A stretch of 64,000 nucleotides of DNA from an uncultured Nitrososphaerota archaeon (GCA_963842885.1 CAWJIE010000003.1:160001-224000); one strand, 5' to 3'; numbered from the stretch's first letter, positions 39,575 through 50,954 are shown. The notes: generated by a model from the sequence alone, not told the origin. Numbers and translations: made by a program.

Positions 39575-40649
39575 ATGGGGATCGAAGAGAGGAAGGATAG
39601 TCATCTGGACATCTGCCTCCACGAAGAAGTCGGCGCGAAGGTCGAGACGACTCTTTTCGAGGATGTGTACCTAGTGCATCAGGCCCTCACGGAGCTCGAC
39701 CTTGGCGCGGTCGACATGGGAACCACCTTCCTGGGCCACAAGCTGGCCGCGCCGCTTCTCATCGATTCTATGACGGGCGGGACCACCATGGCGAAGGAGG
39801 TGAACAGGACACTCGCTCAGCTGGCCGAGAGGAACGCCATCGGAATAGGTGTGGGAAGCCAACGGGCAGGCCTTGCTAGGCCCGCCGTCGCGGAGACCTA
39901 CTCCGTGGTGCGCAAAGAGGCGCCCCACGCCTTCGTGTTCGGAAACCTCGGCGGCGTGCAGCTGGTGCGAGGCATGACCGTGGCCGATGCCAGGAAGGCC
40001 GTCGAGATGATACAGGCCGACGCCCTGGCGGTGCACCTCAACCCCCTGCAGGAGGCGGTCCAAATGGGCGGAGAGGCGACCTACAAGGGGATACTCGACA
40101 AGGTGGTTGAGATTGTCAACGGGCTGGAGGTCCCCATCATAGTCAAGGAAGTGGGTGCCGGAATCTCGAGGGAGACAGCCGCTCGCCTCGCCATGGCGGG
40201 GGTGAAGGCCATCAACGTCTCTGGGGTCGGCGGCACTAGCTGGGCTGGCGTCGAGAGCATAAGGGCGCGGCGAAAGGGGGAAACGTCGACGGCTGAGCTG
40301 GGGGAGGCCTTCTGGGACTGGGGGATACCCACCGCAGCAGCTCTGATAGAGGTCAGATTCTAGCGTGAGCCTGCCGCTGATAGCCTCAGGCGGGATACGG
40401 AACGGCATAGATGCAGCCAAGGCCATCGCGCTCGGTGCCGACGTCGTGGCCATGGCCAGGCCTTTTCTTTACGCGGCATCGATGGGAGGAGTCGAAGGTG
40501 CGCAGCGGATGACCGACGCCTTCACGTCTCAGCTGAAGCTCGCGACCTTTCTCACCGGGTCTTGGAGCGTCCCATCCCTGAAGAAGGCGAGGTACGTCCT
40601 GACCGGCAAGCTGCTCGACTGGAAACACAGCCTTGGTGACCATGCTTGA
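39575..40649 (+). CDS. fni: Type 2 isopentenyl-diphosphate isomerase (frameshift near 40359)
   Basis: RKDSHL, MTGG, GSQR, HLNPLQE, KEVG, GGTSW, ASGGIR. Confidence 0.94.
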
Positions 40650-41632
40650 GCCTGCAGGATGAAACCAAGAGGATCGCGCTCGAAATCAACGCCTTCGTGG
40701 CCGAGCAAATCAAGGGGGATCCGCCTGCCCTATACGACGCCTCCCTCCATCTGATTCAGGCCGGGGGAAAGCGGCTGAGGCCCTTCATGACACTGAAGTT
40801 CCATTCCCTCTACAGTGATGACGAGTCGGCAGCCATACCCGCCGCGGCCGCTCTGGAGCTGGTTCACAATTTCACCCTGATTCACGACGATATTATGGAC
40901 AGGGATGAAATCAGGCACGGGGTGCCGACCGTCCACACGAGGTTCGGCGAACCTCTGGCCATCCTAGCCGGGGACGTGCTGTTTGCCGAGGCCTTCAGAC
41001 TCGTCGCAGAGACGCCAGCCCTGGCGGGTGACTACGGCAGGCTGGACAGGGCGGTGAAGCTCCTGGCGGAATCCCTCGTCGTGCTCTGCGAAGGGCAGGC
41101 CATCGACGTGGAGGCTTCCACGGGAGAGCTGTACACTGAAGAGCGGTACTACGACATCATCAGGAAGAAGACGGCGGCGCTCTTTGAAGCGGCCTCGGTG
41201 ATGGGCGTCATTACAGGAGGGGGGAACGAGGAGGATATGCACAGCGCCAGGATGTACGCCCGCAACGTTGGAATGGCCTTCCAGATCGTGGACGACCTCC
41301 TCGGCGTGGTGGGCGATTCCACCGTCACGGGAAAGCCGGTGGGCAACGACCTCAGGGAGGGGAAGAAGACGCTACCCATCTTCATGGCCGTGCAGAGGAG
41401 CGACGATGGCGACCGGGGGCTGCTCCTCAAGGTCTGGGGGAAGGCCGATGCCAGACAGGAAGACGTGGAGGTTGCGGTGGAGGTACTTCGGAGGCTGGGG
41501 ATCGACAAGGCCGCGCGGAATCTCGCGAATGACCACGTCGAGAAGGCCCTGGGCTTCTTGGGCAAGCTTCCAGGCGATGACAAGCATTGGCTTGCTGACC
41601 TGGCACACTTCGTCGTGAAAAGAAAGATATAG
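40646..41632 (+). CDS. Geranylgeranyl diphosphate synthase
   Basis: GGKRLRP, HDDIMD, FQIVDD, DLREGKKT. Confidence 0.93.
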   Translation: MSLQDETKRIALEINAFVAEQIKGDPPALYDASLHLIQAGGKRLRPFMTLKFHSLYSDDESAAIPAAAALELVHNFTLIHDDIMDRDEIRHGVPTVHTRFGEPLAILAGDVLFAEAFRLVAETPALAGDYGRLDRAVKLLAESLVVLCEGQAIDVEASTGELYTEERYYDIIRKKTAALFEAASVMGVITGGGNEEDMHSARMYARNVGMAFQIVDDLLGVVGDSTVTGKPVGNDLREGKKTLPIFMAVQRSDDGDRGLLLKVWGKADARQEDVEVAVEVLRRLGIDKAARNLANDHVEKALGFLGKLPGDDKHWLADLAHFVVKRKI

Positions 41633-41662
41633 AAACACGCGGCCATTGCCCCTATCCATACC

Positions 41663-43415
41663 TTGGCCCTCGCGGAGCAGGTCCTTGACGCGATCAGGAG
41701 GAACGCCCTAGCCAACGCCTTCCGTCACGGCGGGAAGCCTGACGCTGGCGCCACGCTTGGGAAGACCCTCTCGGAGTATCCTGACTTGAAACAGAACGTG
41801 AAGGAGCTCATGAAGGAAGTCGTCCGGGTCTGCGGGGAGGTGGGGAGCCTCTCCGCGCAGCAGCAGGAGGAGGAGCTCCGAAGGCGGTATCCCGAGGCGC
41901 TGGCGGAAAGGAAGCCGGTTAAGGAGGAGCGGAAGCTCCCTCCGCTGCCGAACTTCGACAGGTACAAGGAGATCAGAACGCGGTTCGCTCCCAACCCGGA
42001 CAGCGTTCTCCACCTCGGTTCCACCAGGGCGATCATACTGAGCCACGACTACGCCAAGATGTATGGCGGCAAGTTCATACTCCGTTTCGAGGACACTGAC
42101 CCTCGATTGAAGAAGTCGGTCCTTTCGTTCTACGGCTACATCCGCGAGGACCTGGCCTGGCTCGGCTGCGCACCTGACGAGGAGTACATCCAGAGCGACC
42201 GCATGGAGATCTACTACAGGTACGCCGAGGAGATCATCTCGAAGGGCGGCGCCTACGTGTGCACCTGCAACCAGGAGTCGTTCCACTCACTGGTCGAGAA
42301 GCGAGAGGCCTGCTCCTGCAGGGAGCTGGACGTGAAAGAGAACATTGGCCGCTGGGCAAAGATGCTGGATGGAACCTATGCAGAAGGAGAGGCCGTGATG
42401 CGCGTGAAGACTGATCTGAACCACCCCAACCCAGCCGTCAGGGATTGGCCTGCCCTCCGCATCATCGACACCAAGAGGCACCGCCACCCCCGAACCGGGT
42501 CAAAGTATCGTGTGTGGCCCCTCTACAACTGGGCGGCGGGCCTTGACGACCATCTACTGGGCGTGACGCACATAATCAGGGGGCAGGAGCACTACACGAA
42601 CATGGTCAGGCAGAAGTTCTTCTACAAGAGGTTCGGCTGGGAGTATCCTGAGGCCATACACTACGGCCGTCTGAAGATAGAGGGAGGCGTGCTCAGCAAG
42701 AGCAAGATAGAGGCGGGCCTTCGGCAGAAACTCTACGAAGGCTACGACGACCCCCGCCTTGCGACCCTGAGGGCTCTGAAGAGGCGTGGAATCACGGTAG
42801 AGGCGATACGTCGGCTAATCTACGAGGTGGGACCTAAGGGAACAGACGCCGTCATAAGCTGGGACAACCTTCTCGCCGCGAACAGGCAGATAATCGATGG
42901 CAGGAGCTCCAGGTACTTCGCTGTCCTAGGAAAGGGGAGTCCCGCTCTTGGTCAGAGGCCTGGTGAAGGACATCCGGGTCGAGATGCCGCGCCATCCCGG
43001 GGTCTCCGATAGACCAGGGAGGGTCTTCGAGGTCGCCGTCGCTGACGGGGAAGCACACCTCCTGGTGAACGAATCCGACCTGACGACGATCGCTGGTGGA
43101 GGCATGGTGCGCCTGATGGGGCTGATGAATGTAAAAGGGGGGAGGGCGGTCCTTGGGGGCCTGACCGTCGATTTCGACAGCTTTGGGGTCGACGAGGCGA
43201 GGCGTGCCGGAGCCCAAGCCATCCAGTGGCTGAACGCGGGGAAGAACGCAGAGATCTCGGTCAAGATGTCGGACGCGTCGGTCAAGGCGGGCCTGGCCGA
43301 GCCACAGATACTTGAAGAGAAGGTAGATGCCACGGTGCAGCTGGAGAGGCTCTTCTTCGCCAGAGTGGACTCCATCGGACCGGGGAAGGTCGGGTTGTAC
43401 TTCACTTCACGCTGA
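41663..43415 (+). CDS. gltX: Glutamate--tRNA ligase (frameshift near 42933)
   Basis: RFAPNP, HLG, RFEDTD, LSKS, ERLFFARVD. Confidence 0.94.
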
Positions 43416-43434
43416 CGGCTTCGCTGTGAGTTCT

Positions 43435-43447
43435 GAAAAGTTTAAAA
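43435..43447 (+). promoter_or_regulatory. BRE-TATA promoter of the rpl7ae operon
   Basis: GAAAAGTTTAAAA, identical to 48877-48889. Confidence 0.65.
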
Positions 43448-43489
43448 CAGGTTCCTTGCACGGTAGAGGTCAAGGGTGAGTATGAAAAG

Positions 43490-43886
43490 ATGACCCCGTC
43501 GGAAAGTCCGGCCGGCAAGCCTTACTTCGTGAAGTTTGAAACACCTAAGGAGCTGGCCGAAGCCGCATATGAAGCCGTTCGTCAAGCCAAGCAGACAGGA
43601 AAGGTCAAGAAGGGAACCAATGAGACGACCAAGGCCATAGAGAGAGGCACGGCCAAGCTCGTCGTCGTCTCCGAGGACGTCGAGCCGCCAGAAGTCGTCG
43701 CACATCTTCCGATGCTCTGCACCGAAAGGAAGGTGCCATATCCTCTATGTGGCATCCAAGCAGCAGCTGGGTGCCTCCATGGGGATGGACGTCCCCTCGG
43801 CGGCCTGCGCCATAACCGAAGCTGGAGAAGCGCAGCCCCTCCTCGAACAGATCCTGACAAGCCTGAGCAAGATTCAGGTAGGCTGA
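43490..43886 (+). CDS. rpl7ae: 50S ribosomal protein L7Ae (frameshift near 43741)
   Basis: [27 protein letters not shown]. Confidence 0.94.
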
Positions 43887-43892
43887 TCCTAG

Positions 43893-44111
43893 ATGAGCAG
43901 CAAGGCCACCGAAGAGAAGCTGACCCCAGCAGAGGTCATCCAGATCGTGGGAAGGACGGGGGTGGCCGGGGAGATCACGCAGGTCAGAGTGAAGATCCTT
44001 GAAGGCAAGGACAAGGGACGGATCCTGACAAGGAACGTCAAGGGGCCCATACGTGCGGGAGACACCCTTATCCTTCGCGAGACCGAGCGCGAAGCTAGGA
44101 AGATCAAGTAG
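43893..44111 (+). CDS. rps28e: 30S ribosomal protein S28e
   Basis: [21 protein letters not shown]. Confidence 0.96.
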   Translation: MSSKATEEKLTPAEVIQIVGRTGVAGEITQVRVKILEGKDKGRILTRNVKGPIRAGDTLILRETEREARKIK

Positions 44112-44121
44112 GGAATGACTC

Positions 44122-44316
44122 TTGCTGTCTCTTAGGAAGTGCAGTTTCTGCGGCAAGGACGTCACACCGGGGACTGGCATACAGATCGTGCGAAACGACG
44201 GCTCCGTGTTGTACTTCTGCTCGAACAAGTGCAGGCTGAACCAGCTCAAGCTCAAGAGGGACCCACGCAAGCTGAAGTGGACCTCAAAGCATGTGAAGGG
44301 TGGCAAGGGCATTTGA
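44122..44316 (+). CDS. rpl24e: 50S ribosomal protein L24e
   Basis: CSFCG..PGTG, FCSNKC, PRKLKWT. Confidence 0.96.
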   Translation: MLSLRKCSFCGKDVTPGTGIQIVRNDGSVLYFCSNKCRLNQLKLKRDPRKLKWTSKHVKGGKGI

Positions 44317-44793
44317 GCGCCGGCGCCTTTGACATCACAAAGGTCGGCACCTACTCCTCTGATGAGCTGAAGGGCAAGACCCTCGTCCTGGTCAAGCCTG
44401 ACGCCTTCTCCAGGAAGCTCGCGGGCGAAATCATCGGCAGATTCGAAGCCAAGGGCTTCGGCCTCCTCGAAGTCAAGAAGCTCGAGCTGACGAGGGAGCA
44501 GGCAGAGGACTTCTATTCCGTGCACAGAGGGAAGCCCTTCTACGAGAAGCTGGTGGCGTCGATATCGGCGGGTCCCATCGTGGCCCTGGTGCTGGAGGTC
44601 CCGGCTGAGCAGAGACACCAAAGGGAAGACGGCCGTCGAGATCGTCCGCCTCATGGTGGGTTCGACCAACCCATCCGAAGCCGCTGCGGGCACCCTTCGA
44701 GGGGACTTCGGGCTGGACATAACGGACAACGTCGTCCACGCCTCGGACTCTGTTGAAAGCTTCGTCAAGGAATCCAAAGTCATCTTCAAGTAG
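44313..44793 (+). CDS. ndk: Nucleoside diphosphate kinase (frameshift near 44600-44620)
   Basis: LVKPD, GSTNP, GTLRGDF, NVVHASD. Confidence 0.93.
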
Positions 44794-44909
44794 CCTCGTT
44801 CTCAGGGGGTTTCCGTCATTCACCTCCATGGCCGGGGAGAACTCCGGGCCATGAGGAATAGGTTATATTTGCCACCACTAGCCCTTTTGCATTGGATGCT
44901 GGTCCCGCC

Positions 44910-46694
44910 ATGTCCTCACATATACGACAGCCCATCGTGGTCGTCCTTGGTCACACGGATGCGGGCAAGACCTCCATCTTGGACAGGATCAGGGGCACCG
45001 GCGTCCAGGGTCGCGAAGCTGGAGGAATCACGCAGCAGATCGGTGCCAGCTACTTCCCTCCTGAGACGCTCTCTTCCATCTGTGGGCCCCTGCTGAAGAG
45101 CCTGGGGGGAGGCGTGAAAATCCCCGGCCTTCTCGTAATAGATACGCCGGGACACGAAGCGTTCAGCAACCTCCGCATCAGGGGTGGGTCGGCAGCTGAC
45201 ATCGCCGTATTAGTCGTGGACATCACCAAAGGTCTTGAACCCCAGACGTTGGAGAGCATCGAGATACTCAAGGGGCGGCGAGTTCCGTTCGTCGTCGCGC
45301 TGAACAAGATCGACCTCCTCGCTGGCTGGCGACCAAAGCCCAGCAGGCTTGTAGTAGCCGCCCAGAAGGAGCTGGAGCCCGCTACCCTCGAGCTGCTGGA
45401 CCAGGGGATCTACAAGGTCGTGGGGCAGCTTTCTAGGCTCGGCTTCAGCAGCGAAGCCTACTACAGGGTTCAGGACTTCACGAAGGAAATCTCAATCGTG
45501 CCAGTCTCTGCTCGCACGGGCGAGGGCACGGCCGAGCTGATGGCCATCATTGTGGGCCTGACCCAGCAGTTCATGACGGAACGCCTGAAGACCAGCCTGG
45601 GCCAGCCGAGGGGTATCGTGTTGGAAGTCAAGGACGAACCAGGTCTCGGCGAAACGGCGAACGTCATATTGGTCGACGGTGTACTGAGGGTGGGCTCGAC
45701 GGTGGTCGTTGGCAAGAAGGATGGGGCGCAGGGGGTGAAGATCAGGGCTCTCTTGGAGCCGAAGCCTCTCGACGAAATGAGGGACCCACGGGACAGGTTC
45801 ACACCCGTGCAGGAAGTCTACGCGGCTGCGGGAGTGAAGCTCTCGGCGCCGGACCTCGAAGGGGTACTGGCCGGCTCCCCCGTGGTCGGCGTCACACCGG
45901 AGCAGGACCTCGAGGAGGCGAGAAGGTTCGTCGATTCGGCCGTCAGGGAGGCGCTGGTCCAGACGGACGTGCTGGGCGTCGTCCTCAAGGCGGACACGCT
46001 GGGAGCCCTCGAGGCCATAACGACGGTGCTGAAGAAGAAAGAGGTCCCCGTCAGGATCGCTGACATCGGTCACGTGAACAAGAGGGACCTCGTCCAGGCG
46101 GAATCCGTCCTTGTTTCAGATAGGTACCTCGGAGTCATTCTGGCCTTCAACGTCAAGGTGCTGGAGGAGGCGGAGGAAGAGGCGAAAGAGAGGGGTGTGA
46201 GGGTCTTTGCCAGCGACGTAATCTACAACCTCATCGACGACTACATGACTTGGGCAGCGACGGAAAAGGAGAACGAGCAGAGGGCCGCCCTGTCGGCCAT
46301 GACCCCTCCATGCAAGTTCCGGCTTGTCAAGGGCCTGGTCTTCCGCAGGAGCGGACCAGCGGTGTTCGGCATCGAAGTCATGGAGGGTACGCTTAGAAGC
46401 AAAGTGAAGGTCATGAACTCCGGAGGTGAGGAGGTGGGAGTCGTCCAGCAGCTGCAGACCGAGGGAAGTGAAGTGGAGACGGCGAGGAAAGGGGAGCAGG
46501 TGGCCATCTCCATGAAGGAACCGATCATCGGCCGCCAGATCAAGGAGGAGGAGGTCCTCTACACCCTGCCTTCGAGCGACGACGCGAGGCTCTACAAGAC
46601 GCGCTTCGCGGACCAGCTCTCCCCGCAGGAGCTGAAGCTCCTGGACAACATCATCTCCATGAGAAGAAAGGTCCAGTACATGTACGCGTTCTGA
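44910..46694 (+). CDS. infB: Translation initiation factor aIF5B (IF-2)
   Basis: GHTDAGKT, GGITQQIGA, DTPGHEAF, NKID. Confidence 0.96.
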   Translation: MSSHIRQPIVVVLGHTDAGKTSILDRIRGTGVQGREAGGITQQIGASYFPPETLSSICGPLLKSLGGGVKIPGLLVIDTPGHEAFSNLRIRGGSAADIAVLVVDITKGLEPQTLESIEILKGRRVPFVVALNKIDLLAGWRPKPSRLVVAAQKELEPATLELLDQGIYKVVGQLSRLGFSSEAYYRVQDFTKEISIVPVSARTGEGTAELMAIIVGLTQQFMTERLKTSLGQPRGIVLEVKDEPGLGETANVILVDGVLRVGSTVVVGKKDGAQGVKIRALLEPKPLDEMRDPRDRFTPVQEVYAAAGVKLSAPDLEGVLAGSPVVGVTPEQDLEEARRFVDSAVREALVQTDVLGVVLKADTLGALEAITTVLKKKEVPVRIADIGHVNKRDLVQAESVLVSDRYLGVILAFNVKVLEEAEEEAKERGVRVFASDVIYNLIDDYMTWAATEKENEQRAALSAMTPPCKFRLVKGLVFRRSGPAVFGIEVMEGTLRSKVKVMNSGGEEVGVVQQLQTEGSEVETARKGEQVAISMKEPIIGRQIKEEEVLYTLPSSDDARLYKTRFADQLSPQELKLLDNIISMRRKVQYMYAF

Positions 46695-46747
46695 GCCGAA
46701 AAGCTATATAAGATTCGTAAAGGAGGCTCCTAGGAGAGGAACGGCAG

Positions 46748-47161
46748 ATGCCAACGTTTCAAGTAGTCCTGTCGGAGCCGAAGACCAGGAAGGCTGTCAA
46801 GCTGGAGCTGAAGGATCCGAAGTCTTCGTTCATGATCGGGCTGAAGCTCGGTCAGGTCGTGGACGCCAACCCTATTGGCATCAAGGGCAAGATCAAGATA
46901 ACCGGAGGAAGCGACAAGGCGGGATTCCCAATGAGGATGGGCATACAGGGAAGCGGCAAGAAGTATGTGAACTTAGCCGACTCCCCGGGCTTCAAGCCGA
47001 CGACTTCTGGTTTGCGAAAGAGGAAGCTACTAAGGGGGGAGACCGTCTCGGAAGACATCTACCAGATCAACGCCGTGCTGACCGAAGGGGAGATGCCGGA
47101 GGCGCCAGCTGAAACCAAAGCCGAAGCGGAGGCCGGCGCTAAGGCAGGCAAGAAGGCCTAG
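46748..47161 (+). CDS. rps6e: 30S ribosomal protein S6e
   Basis: ITGGSDKAGFPM, RKRKLLRG. Confidence 0.95.
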   Translation: MPTFQVVLSEPKTRKAVKLELKDPKSSFMIGLKLGQVVDANPIGIKGKIKITGGSDKAGFPMRMGIQGSGKKYVNLADSPGFKPTTSGLRKRKLLRGETVSEDIYQINAVLTEGEMPEAPAETKAEAEAGAKAGKKA

Positions 47162-47214
47162 CCGCCTTCATCCTGAACCTTTATCAATGCATCTTCGGGA
47201 TACCCTAAACGTAC

Positions 47215-48453
47215 ATGTCCAGCGGACCCAGCAAGCCTATTCCAAGGCAGCCGGAGGTCAACATCGGCACCAGCGGCCATGTGGACCATGGGAAGACCAC
47301 CCTGGTGGAAGCCCTGACGGGGAAGTGGACCAGCGCCCACAGCGAGGAGCTTCGAAGGGGGATCACCATCAGAGTGGGCTACGCAGATGCTGGCATCTAC
47401 CGCTGCGAAGGCGTGGCCCCTCCGTCATGCTACAACACTGACGGGGAGTGCGATGGTGGGGAAGCCCGGCTGCTCAGAGTGGCTTCTTTCGTCGACAGTC
47501 CAGGACACGAGAGCCTCATGGCCAATATGCTCAGCGGCGCTGCCATAATGGACGGTGCGATAATCGTTATCGCCGCCAACGAGCCCGTGCCCCAGCCTCA
47601 GACCAAGGAGCACGTCCAGGCGCTCAGGATGATCGGCGTCGACAAGGTGGTCGTCGCCCAGAACAAGGTGGACTTGGTCGCGTACGAGCAGGCCATCCAG
47701 AACGAAGAAAAGATCAAAGGCTTCCTCGAATCGTTCGGCTACGGCGGAGCGCCGCTCGTCCCCATCTCCGCTCAGAAGCATCTCAACATCGATGCGCTGC
47801 TGGAGGCGATCGAAACGACCATACCTACTCCGCAGAGGGATGTCTCCGCGAAGCCGTTCATGCATGTGCTGCGTTCATTCGACGTCAACAAGCCGGGGAC
47901 CGCCATCGACAAGGTGCGGGGAGGTGTCCTCGGAGGCAGCCTCACGCAGGGCTCCCTCAAGCTGGGCGACGAAATCGAAATAAGGCCAGGCCTCTACGAC
48001 CAAATCAAGACGAAGTACGTGCCGGTGGTTACCAAGGTCGTCAGCCTGGGCACCAGCGCGGGGCTCGTGGAATCGGTAAAGCCGGGGGGACTGGTGGCCG
48101 TGGGGACGACTCTGGACCCCTTCTACACGAAGAGCGACTCCCTGGTGGGCAGCGTGGCTGGGATTCCCGGGACTCTTCCCGAGGAGATCAGCGAGCTGGG
48201 GATGAAAGCCAGTCTCTTCGACACGGTCATTGGGGTGAACGAAACCATCAAGGTGGACCCAATCAAGATGAATGAAATCCTCAGGCTCAATATTGGCACG
48301 GCGACGACCGCGGGCAGCGTCGTGCAGATGAAGGGTGGGAACACATATGTCAAGTTGAGGAAGCCCGTGTGTCCGGCGCAGGGTGCTAGGGTGGCCATCA
48401 GCAGAAGAGTGGTCGACCGCTGGAGACTCATCGGCTCGGCCACACTGGTGTAG
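47215..48453 (+). CDS. eif2g: Translation initiation factor aIF2 gamma subunit
   Basis: GHVDHGKT, RRGITI, DSPGHE, PQTKEH, WRLIG. Confidence 0.96.
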   Translation: MSSGPSKPIPRQPEVNIGTSGHVDHGKTTLVEALTGKWTSAHSEELRRGITIRVGYADAGIYRCEGVAPPSCYNTDGECDGGEARLLRVASFVDSPGHESLMANMLSGAAIMDGAIIVIAANEPVPQPQTKEHVQALRMIGVDKVVVAQNKVDLVAYEQAIQNEEKIKGFLESFGYGGAPLVPISAQKHLNIDALLEAIETTIPTPQRDVSAKPFMHVLRSFDVNKPGTAIDKVRGGVLGGSLTQGSLKLGDEIEIRPGLYDQIKTKYVPVVTKVVSLGTSAGLVESVKPGGLVAVGTTLDPFYTKSDSLVGSVAGIPGTLPEEISELGMKASLFDTVIGVNETIKVDPIKMNEILRLNIGTATTAGSVVQMKGGNTYVKLRKPVCPAQGARVAISRRVVDRWRLIGSATLV

Positions 48454-48456
48454 CCA

Positions 48457-48828
48457 TTGCTTGTCCTTCTGGACACCAGCATCCTGATCTTCCTGGCCGG
48501 GAGGCCCTCCACATTCTTGGACGACCTTAGGGTAAAGATGGGCAACGTGGAGTTTGCAGTGCCTGACTCGGTCATAGGCGAGCTGAAAGGCCTGGCCGAG
48601 TCGAAGATGGCGAAGGCAAAGAAGGCCAAACTGGCGCTTTCATATGCGACGGGGCTGAAGTGCCTGAGACATGGGGGAGAGGCGGACGACGCTCTCGTGA
48701 GCCTGGCGGAAGAGAAGGATGCGCTGGTGGCGACCTTGGACAGGAAGCTCTTGTCTTCGCTCAGGAGGAGGGGCGTCCTAGTGGCCACCCTGAAGGACCA
48801 TCGCCTGTTGCTGCTTGGGATGGAATAG
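48457..48828 (+). CDS. PIN-domain protein (Fcf1/Utp24-like)
   Basis: LLDTS, ADDAL, VATLD; conserved position after aIF2g. Confidence 0.88.
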   Translation: MLVLLDTSILIFLAGRPSTFLDDLRVKMGNVEFAVPDSVIGELKGLAESKMAKAKKAKLALSYATGLKCLRHGGEADDALVSLAEEKDALVATLDRKLLSSLRRRGVLVATLKDHRLLLLGME

Positions 48829-48876
48829 TGGACTCGACGCAAGGGCGGATTATGGAGGCCAAGGTCTGGACATATT

Positions 48877-48889
48877 GAAAAGTTTAAAA
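48877..48889 (+). promoter_or_regulatory. BRE-TATA promoter of rpoE
   Basis: GAAAAGTTTAAAA. Confidence 0.65.
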
Positions 48890-48948
48890 TACGTGCGCCT
48901 GAGACCTCTTCGTGGAGCAGGGCCGCCAGGTCTTTGTGAGAGGGTAAA

Positions 48949-49545
48949 TTGTTCCAGTTAGTCAAGCTGAGGGATGTAGTTAGGGTTCCCCCAGACAAGT
49001 TCAGGGAGCCGCTGAAGGAGGTGGCCGAAGCGGTGCTAAAGATGAGGTACGAGAGCACGCTGACCCCCGAACACGGCTACATAATCCTGGTGACCGGAGT
49101 CCAGGTCGAGCCCGTCGGCAAGATGGTTCACGGAGACGGCGGCATCTACCATCACGTCGAGTTCAGCGTACTGGCCTACGAGCCGAAGCTTCAGGAAATC
49201 GTAGAGGGAGAGGTCGTCGAAATCACGGAATTCGGCGCTTTCGTCAGGATTGGACCCGCCGACGCCCTCCTGCACGTGTCGCAGATCATGGACGACTACA
49301 TATCTTCCGACCTCAAGCAGGGGATAATCCTGGGGAGCAGCACCAACAGGAAGCTGAAGGTGGGCTCCAAGGTGCGTGTGAGGATAACCGCTGTAAGCCT
49401 CAGCCGGGGGATCAGCCTGGGGAAGATAGGCGTCACATGCAGACAGCCGTTCTTGGGAGCCCTTGAATGGATCGAAGAGGACCTGGCCAAGGCCGCGCCC
49501 AAGCGCGAGGCGAAGGAGCCGAAGGAACAGAAGGGCGGCAAATAG
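48949..49545 (+). CDS. rpoE: RNA polymerase subunit E' (Rpo7)
   Basis: VRVPP, FGAFVRIGPADALLHVSQ, RQPFLG. Confidence 0.95.
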   Translation: MFQLVKLRDVVRVPPDKFREPLKEVAEAVLKMRYESTLTPEHGYIILVTGVQVEPVGKMVHGDGGIYHHVEFSVLAYEPKLQEIVEGEVVEITEFGAFVRIGPADALLHVSQIMDDYISSDLKQGIILGSSTNRKLKVGSKVRVRITAVSLSRGISLGKIGVTCRQPFLGALEWIEEDLAKAAPKREAKEPKEQKGGK

Positions 49546-49547
49546 AC

Positions 49548-49736
49548 TTGGCCAAGGAGCTCGCGTGCAGGAAGTGCATGTTCATCAGCCAAGGGAAGGT
49601 CTGCCCGGCATGCGGTTCGGTCGACCTGACCGAGAACTGGAAGGGCCTCGTCGTCATATTCAACGTTGAGAAATCCGAGGTCGCTAAGACCCTGGGCGTA
49701 TCCAAGCCTGGGAAGTACGCTCTGCAAGTGAGCTAA
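49548..49736 (+). CDS. spt4: Transcription elongation factor Spt4 (RpoE'')
   Basis: ACRKC...CPACG...WKG...PGKYAL. Confidence 0.94.
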   Translation: MAKELACRKCMFISQGKVCPACGSVDLTENWKGLVVIFNVEKSEVAKTLGVSKPGKYALQVS

Positions 49737-49742
49737 GCACTC

Positions 49743-50261
49743 TTGCCATATTACAAGCTTGGCAACTACCTCAGAGAAGAGTTCAACAGGCCGCTGGGGG
49801 CCGTCATCAGGAACAGCGAGCTGGAGGCCTACTTCAAGAGCGTAGATGTCAAGGATTCGTCTCTAGTGACCGTGGGAGACAGGACTACAGAGTATTTCGT
49901 GACTCACGGCCATCGGCCCAGGCTGCAGATCGTGGATTCGCTGGAGAAGAGGGCGAAGCGGACGGCGCCCGTCGGCGGGTTCGACCACATCACCAGCGTC
50001 AGCAATCCGGCGGGGGGAATCTCAGGCGAGGCGATGGAACTGGTTAGGCTAGAACTAGGCCGGGGGGACGCGGCGAGAATCCTGGTCAACGGGGAGGAGG
50101 ACCTTCTGGTCCTTCCCGCCGTCCTCTTTGCGGAGGAGGGAGCCGACGTTTTCTACGGGCAACCCAACGAGGGAATGGTGCATGTGAGGGTTTCGTCTCA
50201 GACGAGGAAGAAGGTGACCGAGATGCTTGCCCAGATGGGCTACGCGGCAGCCACCCGATGA
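49743..50261 (+). CDS. GTP-dependent dephospho-CoA kinase (DUF359)
   Basis: VGD, NPAG, GEEDL, YGQP. Confidence 0.9.
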   Translation: MPYYKLGNYLREEFNRPLGAVIRNSELEAYFKSVDVKDSSLVTVGDRTTEYFVTHGHRPRLQIVDSLEKRAKRTAPVGGFDHITSVSNPAGGISGEAMELVRLELGRGDAARILVNGEEDLLVLPAVLFAEEGADVFYGQPNEGMVHVRVSSQTRKKVTEMLAQMGYAAATR

Positions 50262-50332
50262 CCTCCCCGGATTGACGTTTCGTCATCTCTCCTACCATAA
50301 GCTTCTTAAATGCTTACGCTGGTAGGCGTTGG

Positions 50333-50692
50333 ATGACTATGTCCCTGCAGCGGACGAAGCTGTTCGAGAACACACTGCTCGGTCGCAAGGAGGGCACCTT
50401 CCTCTTCAAGGACGCGGCCGGCATGCTGACGAGGTCCCAGGCCATCAAGATGGTGGCGACCGACCTAGGCGCCAAGGAGGAGAACGTGATGACGATAGCC
50501 ATCAGGGGCAAGCATGGAACGCGCGATCTCGTCGGCACGTTCTACGTGTTCGACGACATGAAAGCGGCGAAGGACCAGCTGCCCAAGTACTACTTCCTCA
50601 GAAGCATGCCCAAGGACGAGAGGAAGAAGTACTTCGACGAACAGAGGAAGAGCAAGGCGAAGAAGGTGGCGCCGGCTCAGCAGAAGAAGTAG
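50333..50692 (+). CDS. rps24e: 30S ribosomal protein S24e
   Basis: NTLLGRKE; position between DPCK and S27ae. Confidence 0.85.
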   Translation: MTMSLQRTKLFENTLLGRKEGTFLFKDAAGMLTRSQAIKMVATDLGAKEENVMTIAIRGKHGTRDLVGTFYVFDDMKAAKDQLPKYYFLRSMPKDERKKYFDEQRKSKAKKVAPAQQKK

Positions 50693-50714
50693 GGACATGG
50701 GGGGGAATTGAGTT

Positions 50715-50954
50715 TTGAGCGCTCCAGAAGCAGCACCGCCGGTGGAAGAGAAGAAGCCGAAGGCCGTCCGAAAGCCGAAGAAGCCGAAGGTCAGCCCTTC
50801 TGTGTACAAGTTCTACACTGTAAGCGGTTCGGTCCTGTCCAAGACGAAGCGCGAGTGCCCCAGATGCGGGAGAGGCACGTTCATGGCGCAGCATAAGGAT
50901 AGGTACTACTGCGGCAAGTGCGGATTCACCGAGTGGTTCGAAAGGAAGCGCTAG
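50715..50954 (+). CDS. rps27ae: 30S ribosomal protein S27ae
   Basis: CPRCGRGTFMAQHKDRYYCGKC. Confidence 0.95.
   Translation: MSAPEAAPPVEEKKPKAVRKPKKPKVSPSVYKFYTVSGSVLSKTKRECPRCGRGTFMAQHKDRYYCGKCGFTEWFERKR

Noticed and set aside
39575-43886. Pseudogenes or programmed frameshifting in fni, gltX and rpl7ae
   Set aside because: Essential genes with otherwise intact motifs and no shared slippery site; sequencing indels are simpler
43605-44789. Long antisense ORFs (this one, 51275-52387 and others)
   Set aside because: Shadow frames of GC-rich genes on the opposite strand
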